A DNA stretch of 63,289 bases, filler included, from Platydemus manokwari (Eukaryota), in the NCBI GenBank assembly GCA_037951405.1. It is 5 parts of 5 records of this genome, joined end to end, with 100 filler letters (N's around TTAATTAATTAA, not from the genome) between each part and the next. Parts side by side here need not be neighbours in the genome. Positions count along the whole stretch, not along the records: positions 21,171 to 30,222 come from JBBMOY011306984.1; positions 30,323 to 40,868 come from JBBMOY011125441.1; 3 more parts are not named here. The stretch is one strand, 5' to 3'. The notes below the pieces were generated by a model, which did not search any database, had not been told where the DNA came from, and worked only from the letters and a program-made list of their open reading frames with translations. The translations under genes were made by a program, and so were the position numbers. Positions 26,401 through 37,500 of the stretch are shown one piece after another; within the stretch, counting starts at the first letter, position 1, and the number at the start of each line of letters is the position of its first letter.

Positions 26401-27871
26401 TTAATTCAATCAAATATTTATTCCAAGACTTCCAACACATTTGTTCTGGACTATGAACTGATTATCAGTATGTTAAATGGCAACCAAGACAACATACTCG
26501 ATAACGTTCGTTTATCCAAGTTTCGAAACATTGAACATGTCATTGGGATCAGACGATAACTTAATGAGCCATATCTGTATACAATTACAAAGAAAGATCA
26601 GCACTGATGTATAACTTGCTTGGAAAATCAATCATAAATGATGGTCTCGATGATGGAATGATTTTTGTTAAGTTATTGAACTCTTTCTTTGTTAATGGAT
26701 CAGCTATATTAACACCAGGATCCAAGCCATTTATAACGCCATCAACCGTTATGGATCTCACAACAATCTTACAGGCAGTCATTGGAATCATATCTGAAAA
26801 TATAAAGAAAATGGTACCATTCTCTAAGGATTTCATGCTGGAATTTTCAAGTGAATAAGAATTCAATGCCAAAGAGAATACTCGGTTGGTGAATAGCAAA
26901 ATGAATTTTGATTCCATCATGAAATTTGTGGAATCATTGAATTTGAATATGACATTCTCGATATTGGATCCAACAAGTTGTATGTCACTGTTTGAAGGTA
27001 ATTAGCAATACCTTACCACTTACCATAACATATCAACTTTGAAAAAATCACGAATCATATTTTGTCTAATATTCCCACCGGGCTTCCATCTATACCTGAT
27101 TATTGTGGACACTGAAACGTGGGAATATTATATCTTCAACCCAACATAGGTCAAAGTTAATCAAGACTTGACACTGTATGCATCGACTATCTTGGAGCAC
27201 TTTTCCTATTTTCTCTTGGAAGAAACAGTCGAGATTAAGAAAATAAATGTCCGTATCAAGTGAAGGGATCCGGTCTTTTTAGTCAGTTGTTGATCTGTGG
27301 ATACATTGAGCACTTTGTTCTTGATCAATCTCTTGAAATTATCGCCTTGGATTCATTGACAAGTAGAATTAACTCAACGCTAAAATTGGTCAACATCTGC
27401 ACCAAGACTTGTATCAAAACACCTGCATACATTGTCAAGCTTCCAAACTATAAAGAATTGGTTGAAAAATGCGACAAAATCATCGAGTCCATTCAAGATC
27501 TATCAGCAGAAGAAATCAACAACGTTCTCATCAATAACGTTCTAGTCCAGCCTAAATCAATGAATAACAATCCAAATCCCTATCTTGGTGAACAACAATA
27601 TACCCAACCGATAGAAAAATCGAAACTTCGTCTGCTATTTCGAACAAAAATGAAGATGACTATCGATAAAATTCTTCATTCATCTGACACCGATTTAGAA
27701 ATTCCATCGATTGAGAATATTTGTTAAACTTTCAAAACCAATGCTCCAAACTTCTCTGATTATCGACTACTTCATTCAATTACTCCGGTGACTAAGAAGT
27801 TGAAGGTCAATGAATTCACTTGTGAAGAAATTGTGGCCAAATTTAAAAAACTAAAAAATTGTGCACCTGGT
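23500..27871 (+). mobile_element. Decayed, rearranged NeSL/R5-like non-LTR retrotransposon ORF: unannotated N-terminal modules, two Ulp1-like protease domains, start of RT
   Basis: Ulp1 (C48) motifs AWFTDQDLN (25834), HWVLFV (26014), TDP and QNNQHDCGP (26194-26220). A second degenerate copy FDSIMKF..LDP..HLYLIIVD..FNP..CPYQ..LLICGY lies at 26903-27330. RT region-0 KLRLLF...EEIV.KFKKLKNCAPG ends at 27871. A Ulp1 protease upstream of RT is an established NeSL-clade feature. The 5' boundary is approximate. Confidence 0.75.
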
Positions 27872-28279
27872 TTCGGATTTATGCTGGATTTAACAACAAT
27901 ATTATAGTTCATTGTGGAGATCTTATCTGATAAAACAAAGAAAATTATACCGTTATCAAAGAATCTCATGCTGGAAATATTAAGTGATCAGGAATTCGAA
28001 ACTAAAGAAAATACTCGCTTGGTCAACAGTAAAATACATACCAACTCTGAAAAAATCACGAATCATTTTAATTGTTTAAGTAATACAAATTATTCAAACC
28101 AATTAATTCTCAACCTTCTGAAATCAATGGAGGACAAATTCAATATTGCTGTCTCAAACCTCGAAACGGAATTTCCAAATTATAAAGCTAAGTTAGAAAA
28201 CGAGGCTTTAAAAACTGAAAAAGACACATGTTTTCAAATTAAAAGTAATTTTTACAGGCTTCGGGTATTAAATTTAATT

Positions 28280-28689
28280 AAGATATTAAATTTCAAAATT
28301 TTAAAAATGATATTAAAAAAGATACGGCTGAATTTTTAATTAATAATAATAAAAATTCAATTAAAAATAATTCAGAAAATATTTGTTTAAGTAATCCACC
28401 ATTATTTAAACATTCCAATATCAATTCTGAAATGGCTAACCAAATCATTGAAATGATATCAAATTTAAATGCGAAATTTGATAATTTTGAAAAAAATCAA
28501 GATATTAAATTTCAAAATTTTAAAAATGATATTAAAAAAGATACGGCTGAATTTTTAATTAATAATAATAAAAATNNNNNNNNNNNNNNNNNNNNNNNNN
28601 NNNNNNNNNNNNNNNNNNNNNNNNNNNNNNNNNNNNNNNNNNNNNNNNNNNNNNNNNNNNNNNNNNNNNNNNNNNTCAATTAAAAATAA
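28280..28689 (+). repeat. Direct repeat with 219-bp period (73 codons) spanning an N gap
   Basis: 28280-28356 is identical to 28499-28575, and the sequence after the gap (tcaattaaaaataa) continues the repeat unit exactly. Confidence 0.85.
28576..28675. other. Assembly gap (100 N, no linker)
   Basis: Read directly. Confidence 0.98.
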
Positions 28690-30222
28690 GTTACCCGAAC
28701 TCGGTACGAGTTCGGGTACTTCCCGACCAGATGAATTTGACAAAACGAAACAGAAAAATAGTATAGAAAACACCAAGAAGAATAGAGTTCCTACTGACAA
28801 TGCTGTTCAAATGCACAACTCAGACGCATCAGTTAGTAAATTAAAGTTTTTACAGGACAGTTCGTTAACTCCCCCTACGGAAGTCAAGAAAACACAACCA
28901 TTTACTGGTGATTCTGGGAAAAAATTACCACCTTCAACCTCATTTCGGCAAAGGACATCGCCTCGTAAACAAAATCCCAAGATTGAATACCAACACAAAG
29001 ATTATTATTTCGAGACAAAAAAAGTTATTTCTCGTCAAATAAATAAAATAGAGCTAATCAAACTTAAAGAAATTCTCGGGAATAAGTGGATCGAAACTGG
29101 ATACTTGCCTAATGAAACCATGTATCAACATTCAGTCCGAGTGACAAACCTACTTAAAAAACTAAAAAGCCATCTTAGATTAATGAGCGTAACACCCTCA
29201 TGCTCCAGAATATATATGAGCAAAAACAAATTCTTCATAGAACAAGGTAATGTAACCGGAGCATACCCACAAAGACGAATTACAATATTCAATCATGGGT
29301 TGATTCGTAAATGCTCCCTTAATTCAGAGAACGAGATTGCTCCACAAGCAATGAGTGAATTTCTTTTTGCAAACTTTTTTGAATTTAGTGAGGCAGTCAA
29401 TATCGCAGATTTGAAAAAAAGAAATACATTCTTAAACCAACAATTAAAGAGTCTAAAAGAAGAAAGTCGTCTCCCAAATGTCTTTGATGTATGTCGAGCT
29501 TCATTCATCGATTGTAGACTTCATATACAGCAGATGTCGGAGAGAGCGTTAACAGAAACTGAAGAGGCTCCTACAGACGAATTAAAGAACTTATATAAAA
29601 GATTCCCAAAACTTGAGAATTTTGTTCTTGCAAATCCAAACGCGTCGGATACTGATATGTCTGTGCTTCTTGATGATTTGAAAGCCAATTATAAATTTCC
29701 AAAACACATAAACTACAAATCATCAAAATTTGTGTCTTCAATTTTACCAAAAAATCAAATCAAAGAATCAGAAGAACCTGACCTGGCATGGAATCTTGGA
29801 GGTTTTGACCTACACACAATTTCACTCAGTGACAAAGCCTTAAGTCAAGCTCTGAATATAGAAAATAAGTTTCAAAGAATAACCGAGTGTATTTTTTATA
29901 TTAATACTCGGTTCATTAACAATGAACTACCATATGAGAATATTAGCAAACCAGACTGGGGAAGAAACTTAGTTCGTAATTCTGCACTCCTGCTCTGTGG
30001 CGAAAAGGAAGTAGAGGTAATTTGTGATGATCACATCAAACTATCCGAAAAAGTTTTAGAAAATTGTGTGGCTAATTCATATTTATCTCAGATCGTCAAG
30101 AGAACCAAGGCCCATTTAGAAACGGCATCAAGTGTCAAACTAGTAAAGGAGTCGCTGGATCTTAATAAAAAGGGTGGCAATGACTTCTACAATACACTCA
30201 TCAAAAATCTTCTCAATAAGTG

Positions 30223-30322
30223 NNNNNNNNNNNNNNNNNNNNNNNNNNNNNNNNNNNNNNNNNNNNTTAATTAATTAANNNNNNNNNNNNNNNNNNNNNN
30301 NNNNNNNNNNNNNNNNNNNNNN
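30223..30322. other. Assembly gap with TTAATTAATTAA linker (30267-30278)
   Basis: Read directly. Confidence 0.97.
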
Positions 30323-31896
30323 TCAATATTATTATTATCAATATCATAATTATCTTTATTATCGTGTTTATAATCATTATTATTATCACTATTATTATAG
30401 TCAATCTTGAGATCAATTACAGATGCCACTGTAGCTCCATTAAATACGATAATATTAATTGCAAACTTAATAATTTGACCAATTTAAATATCTGATGGAA
30501 ATTAATATATTTTAATAAGCGAAAATTCTATTCAATCAATATCAACTTACTACTGGTATTTGACATGTAGGCGTTATGCTGTGAAATATCATCGCAATAT
30601 TTACAAGTACAATTTGGTTTGTTTTAATAAATTCGGACTTAGCAAGAACTATTTCGATTTTACCGCAACTTTAATTTTTTATTTTATATTGATAAGATCG
30701 CGATACTCAATCATCTGAGACCATTAAATTTAAAGTCCAAAATTTTCTATTTTATAAAAATAAATAATTACTAATCGTTAATAATAATTTTTTATTATTT
30801 TTAAAACTATATATTTTGATTAGCTCGGAATCAATCGATCATGTTTCATGAATCTTAGACATATTAACTAATCACATGGTAAACCAAATTGAAGGCAATA
30901 ATTTAAAATTGGAATATGAGTGCTCTAATTTTATATCGTCAAATGAAACATTCAGAACTGTATACAATAATTAAATCAATATTTTTTTAAGTCTCATTAA
31001 TCCTAACATTGCTTTGCGATGTTCACAGACAAGTTTCGAATTATACATCAATTGATACAGTAACACTTCATTCTATTATCCATTGGTTGATAACAAGGCA
31101 AATATAACTGAATCCTTTAATCCACCAATAAACGAATTATCAAATTATTTATTCCAACTCCAAACCCATACACTCATGATTTGAAATTTCTATAAAACTA
31201 ATGGGTATGAGCACTGCACACACATGATAGGATTGTTTGTCGATCGATAAACAAACTTTATAATAATTTTTAACCTATAATTATGTTGCGTATTAAAATT
31301 AAAATTTATTAATTTATAAAAGAAACAAATGATCTATACAGCTCTACATACGTTTGTCATGAACCGGAAAAACATTAACAATATCTCGGTAACATTTTTG
31401 ATTATCTATTCGGCATAAATAAAAAACGATTCACTTGATAAAAAGGGAGAAATTATACAAAATAATATATTTATGCCATAACAAAGAAAGTAATTTCTCA
31501 TCAATTTTGTTGAAATACAAAATAATTTTTGAAAAATTTATCTTTGTTGCCTCGTTTTATAATCATTACCGAATCAGCTTGTTTAAATTCACATTCCACA
31601 TTGTGAGGATTAAAAATTAAAAAAAAAATTATATTAAAAAATATGAGGTTGTCTTAAATGAACTTTGGCATCGCAGAACACGTCAAACATTAATAGTGTA
31701 TCTGCTTACAATGCTAATGCGCTGTAGACATTACCATATCGGTCACTTGGTCTCTCAGAATCAAAGGTTAATCATGACAAATTCAAAGTCACCGTTGAGT
31801 CTGACTCAATTAAGAGTGCCTATAAATTGTCACCGAAGTTTAGTTTAACTAATTAAGTTCAAATAGGTAAAGTAAAGAGGTTTGACAAATGAGTTA

Positions 31897-32100
31897 TGTA
31901 AGCCGCTCCTATTTTATAAAAAAAACGCATCGAAAACGAACTGAAAAGACTCGGCATTCAATTCTATTCAAAGACAATTATTTAAACAAAATAAATAAAA
32001 TTTAATATCAAATAAAATTCAATGTCAAAATTAACATCAAATAAAATTCAATATCAAACTAAATTCAATATAAATTCAAATTCAATTTGATATTCTCACA
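31897..32100 (-). mobile_element. Solo LTR (204 bp) with exact 5-bp TSD AGTTA
   Basis: Minus strand runs TGTGAGAAT...GCGGCTTACA. AGTTA is present at 31892-31896 and 32101-32105. Homologous to the LTRs at 22997 and 33612 (tgtaa.ccgc...aaaacgcat.gaaaa). Confidence 0.85.
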
Positions 32101-32124
32101 AGTTATACATGAACTGAATGAAAA

Positions 32125-32394
32125 ACAGAAACCTAGTCTCCACCAACTACTACTTATGCAATTTGGAGAACTTTTTATTAAGAAAAAATGTAATTCCTAT
32201 TGGCCTTACAAGAACTCATTGACTCTCATCCGCTAGGGATTTATATAATCGGTTTGAACAATTTTCCGCTTAAATGGCAAAAGTATACAGACAATATGGA
32301 TGCATGCTTTGATAAATGAAATACTTCCTTATAATTGTAATTAATCAGTCAACTTAGCCTTTATTCCACAAATTTCATACCTGACAAACTTATA
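32125..32394 (+). mobile_element. Mariner transposase C-terminal relic plus right TIR
   Basis: Frameshifted NLVSTNYYL.NLENFL...ELIDSHPLGIYIIGLNNFPLKWQKYTDNMDACFDK* resembles the mariner C-terminus (DLAP.DY...GI..LP.RWQKC...G.YF). It ends in aatttcatacctgacaaactta followed by TA. Confidence 0.65.
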
Positions 32395-33339
32395 AAGTGT
32401 TTAATTCTATTTTTAATTGTTGTCACATTTCAATGTACTTAACATAAACATGTAAAAGCTAAAACATACAATAACAAAATATTAAGAAATTCATAATTAT
32501 ATCAACATATTTTTACAGATTTATTAGGGTCTATTCGATTGTATCATTCTTATCAACTATCTTTCTCGTAAATTCTGAATTAAAAATCAAACTATAATCA
32601 TCATGTGAGCATTATAAATATCTGTTGATTATTAGTTTAGAATTGAGAAAATATTCATTAATATTTGTTAAGTATTTATGATTATTTAATGACTCCACGG
32701 CTCTGTTTTCGTGACACTTTCAAATCACAGCATAAATAATAGAACAATAGTCTTTTAAAAGTACGTTGGCGACTTGTTCGAGAAATTATTTCGAAACATA
32801 TTGATGTATCAATTGCTATTGATAACAGTATCTTGTTTCATCGGGTTTTTCTAGTTTCATGTTATTTAGTTATGTTTTAAAAAGCAAATATATTTATGGA
32901 ACTCAATATGCTCCATAAGGTCTTCAATCGAAGCTCAAACCAAGTAAATATAACATCAAATTAAGGAGGAATATCAGAAACATATACATTCAAATGATAT
33001 CGATGTCGACTGGATTACTATTTTCATTTATATTTTATAAAGTTCTTTGGAAATGTTTCTAAACGTGACAGTTTATTAGTGAATTTATATGTTCTTCTGA
33101 TTTCAATTTCTGGTCGTAGCTATTGTTAAATATAGAAAAAGACATTTGTTAAATAATTAAAATAAGCGAATACGCCTAGCAAACCCAATAATTGTACTCG
33201 TGATCATATAGAACATAGAAGGACGATATTTCTCTCAAATTCAAAGTTCCCATAACGTAACGAACGGTCAATTCATGATAAAAAAAATCGTAATTATTTA
33301 AAAATCCTTCTATTGAATTATATTAGCTTAAAGATCACG

Positions 33340-33773
33340 TCAATGGAGAAAATACCGATAAACTAATTCCTAAAATTACAAAATATTCTTCATGTACACT
33401 GTAATTTGTATTCTCAATCCTCTTTGTATTAAATATTCTACATTTTTATCCACATAAAAATCTCTAATTATTCTATCTTCATTACATAGTTTTATATCTC
33501 CTTTATACCTTTTTTACATCTTCTTTATATATTCTCAACATCTATCTATTTCTTTTCCATAATTTTCAGTCATTAATCTTCTCAGAATCGAGGTCAGACA
33601 CGTGATCACAACGTAAGCTGCTTTTTTCTTGCAAAGCACGAATTGAAAACGAGAAGAAAGTCACGACACCAAATCATATATTTCAATAGAATTATATAAT
33701 CAAATTAATATAATTTTATATAAAATCTTCATATTAAATTTTTAAATATTTAATTCATTTAAAAATTCTCACA
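33340..33773 (-). mobile_element. 5' LTR (33612-33773), decayed PBS and start of internal region; same family as 22570-23150
   Basis: The LTR begins TGTGAGAAT on the minus strand and ends gcagcttacg. It is followed by ttgtgatcacg (decayed TGGCGACCACG) and an A/G-rich internal tract similar to 22710-22985. Confidence 0.65.
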
Positions 33774-34537
33774 AGCTCGAAATCAATTATTTTGAAAATC
33801 GTTTTTTCATTTCCAGATATCTATCATCAATACAAATTATTCTCTCCTAATCATATGTGCCTCAATAGGAAATTAAACGATTAAAAAAGATTGTTAAAAT
33901 CCAGAAATACTAACAAAAATCCTCTTTAAATTTAATTGATAATTATATAAAATAAATATTTATATATAATTATATAAATCGATAAACTCTCTAGGCGACT
34001 TCTTCAAATAAAAGAATGTTTTCTACAAATCACAGAAATTGGTAAATTCTAGAGGACAAAAAATCGATGATAGAAATGATGATGTGTACGAAAAACTTTA
34101 TTTCATTTATTAAGATCAGATCATAATAATCAATGATATTATCAAGCTACTTTCAACAAGCAAGTCAATCGAGTTAGAATGTTGTTGTGCACCGTTTTCA
34201 GTAAAGCTACTTTGTATTACAGAATAAATATGCATTGATGTGAATGTTCATTCAGAAATTTACATAATGGATCGATTATGTAATACATATATTTATCATT
34301 TAACATTTTATCAACACGTCAGTATTTATTTGTTTTGGATTCAAAAACATAATCAATAATGTGAAAATGTAATCCATCGATTTTGAATTCCATAAATGTT
34401 CGGAAATTATCGATTACTGAAATCATTATATAAAAATTATATCAGTACATAGCAACAGTAACTATGTGGTGTATATGTTCGTGGAAATTAATTTGTCATA
34501 AAAAATATGGAAATATACGAATAAAAAACACAAAAAC

Positions 34538-37500
34538 CTGAACATTCAATGAAATCTGCAGCACCCATCTGGTCTGCTAATCGTTTGCCATCGTATTTAC
34601 TGACATATAAGTCACCATTCGACCGTGGATTTTTTGCTTTGTGATCATTACGTAAATCCATTTTTGTTGCCACTAAAATGATGGGCACGCTTTGGCAGAA
34701 ATGATTGGCCTAAAATATGGAAATCGTAAATTTTATCAAGATAATTAATAGATTAATCAACAAATCATCTCATAGTCATGACATACAAAACAATTAGTTT
34801 TCAATATATGTTTTGACAGATCTACAATTATATGAGACAAAATTCGAGAATTTAATAATATGATAGTACATTTATTATTAGATGTAACGATAAGAATAAT
34901 AATATTAATCAATATTGTTGAGAGACATGCTTAAATGAAACCAAATTGCAATAACTTGTCCCAATGTTAAATGGTAAAATTGATTGTGAAAGTGTGTGTG
35001 TTGCGTGTGTGAGATATTTGTGTGCATTCGACTCAGTCAATGGACGAATTATTAAAATGGTAATTGGTCTTTCTATCAAATATTGATGAATAAAATACTA
35101 TCAAGCCGATTTTTAGTAGACTACTTGTAATTGCCAATAGTGCAGTGCACGTTATTATATTAAAGGTATAAATTACCATTATTTTTATAGCCAATTTAAT
35201 AATTGTTTTTATAGTATTAATAATAATAATGATAATAAAATTTATAAAAATTATTTAACAATAATCAATCAATAATTACATCAATAATGAAACGATTATA
35301 TAGCGTGATGTATAATGATAAAATCAATGTAAATCTGAAAAATCTATCAAAAAATGTAATTATCAATTCAATTTCAATAACTGATAGTGCAAAATCTATT
35401 CATTGTTTATAACAGTAAATCAATGTGTTTTCTGAACCAGTGCAACTGATATTCGTATATGTCAATGATATAATTCAATGCAGAAATACCAAGTATCATC
35501 AACCATTTTAAATCAATAAAATTCATTTATTTTAATAAAAGTAATAATAAAAAATATTTATCGACAAAAATAATAGATCATATATGAATGTATGCTCACA
35601 CACAGGTTATATTATAAAATTAGAAAAATCGATTATCCAATCAGATTCGGATTAAATAAAAACCATTTAATTTATTTGAATGGTTGTTGACGAAATCATT
35701 TTGTGGCAATCAAACTTTGTTACAGAATAGAAATACTGTAGTTTTACACGGTTTGGATATTGGCTATCAAATTAAATCCATCTCAAATGCTTCATTTTAT
35801 TTTTGATAAAAATGTAGCTGCCTTAACAAACTGATATTGATAATGCTGTAGTTAAGCTTTGATTTTTGAGAGTGCTCAATTTATCACAAAAACATCTGGT
35901 TTGAGTGTACACAAAACATAACACATACTACTAATGAAGTAAAAAACCGTTTATAGGTGGTATAATTATCTTATTGAGGGGGAATTAAATAAGATCCATT
36001 TTTTAGGAGAAAACACAATGTAATTTTCTTCACTTTTCCTAGAATTAATCGCTCGTTCAAGTATAAAAATCTCGTTTTATGATTCAATACTTTTATATCG
36101 ACTGATAATTCAAAAATAATGGCTTTCTTTATAAGGTTACATCATTATCTCTGCAGTAAATATATCACGTTCCATTATGCACTTTCAAAATTTCTAATAT
36201 TTTAGAATTATTTTAGAAAATTTCAATGAAAGTCATTACAGGCATAATTTCCTATTCAATTTTAATTATAATATTTTCCAGTGTACCTCAGGAATAATAA
36301 TGGAACTTGACTTTGTTTAAGATCCATCATCTTATCAGTGATGATATCGATGTTTTGAATAATATGAAATGAATATTTTCTCGATTAATCTCTAATTTGT
36401 AAGAAACATAGAGAATTATCTAAAACAAAGATCTGTATAAAATAATAATAATAACGAAATGAAACTTATTGGAAACCGGAAAATCTTGGAAATGTCTTTA
36501 AAAAATATTCAATAAAGGATTTTATTATTTAGCAGTCATAAAATTTTCCATCTATTTCAACAACAATTATCAATTATTGTTTTGTTTTCCATTGACATTT
36601 TTATTGGTTAGAGAATAAATAAAGCTTATTTTAAATCTATGATTTAGTTTTATAAATATGATGAGCACGAAATCAAATATCGATCATGATTTCAATGTGA
36701 ACATCAAAGTACGAATTCTGTAAATTAGCGGCATACGAGGCACTGCTTTAATAAATCTGTCTACGAATGAGTCACATCGAGATGAATTTGAATTAAATAA
36801 TCTTTAATTGACCTTATAATTTTGCATGTAATGTTCCTTAGCACTTAAATACGCTATTTCAGTTCCATTGGCATATTCATTGATTTGCAGAATTAGATTG
36901 GTGTAGTTCCATTAAGATATTCCTATTTATTTGCGTGATATTAATTAGAATATAATGTGGATTCTTAATAAAACTGCGTCGATTTTGTAGGATTAATTAA
37001 ATGTGAGATAAGAAACTAATTTATCATTGGGATAGTTTTCCGGGAGTCAAAGATATCAGTTATAATAAATAGAGCCATTTTTTGTTTTCTCTGATAAGAG
37101 CATTTTCATAATCATAATATTATTATAAATTAATAATGTCTCGAATCATTTTGGAAAATCTTAATCCATTATAACTAAACTTATATTAAAATATTTTTAA
37201 TTTTATATTCATATTTCTATCCAAAAATTACTGAATATCGTCTTGGCAACAATCAGAACACATTAGTAACTCAATGGTTTCAAAATACAGTTATTCAACT
37301 TGACTCGCATATTTTTTACTTAAAATAAATCGAAAGCTTTTATTAAAGATTTAAATAAATTATCAATCACATATGGTGTACTGATAACGGTTGCCAGAAT
37401 AATTCTTTGAAATTTAATAGATATCGAGTACCGAAATTACCTAGCAGCATTGAAATGAATAAGCGTGTATATGAGTGTGTATGTTGAATTAGAAGATTTA

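Larger units (their letters stand above)
27881..30222 (+). mobile_element. Second, better preserved copy of the N-terminal part of the same long retrotransposon ORF, truncated by the gap
   Basis: ORF 28811-30222 aligns by eye with 24310-25140 (KRN.FLNQQLK, HI.Y.SSKF.S, WN.GGFDL, ENKFQRI.E.IF..NTRFINNEL.YE). The frame is open back to 28676. Segment 27881-28040 matches 26750-26900. The ORF-track stop at 30274 comes from the artificial linker. Confidence 0.7.

Noticed and set aside
31351-34206. Alternative Rho last-exon candidates (near 31351-31405, 32764-32815 and 34142-34206)
   Set aside because: They are phase-compatible, but none gives a recognisable G5/helix-5 sequence or a CAAX box.
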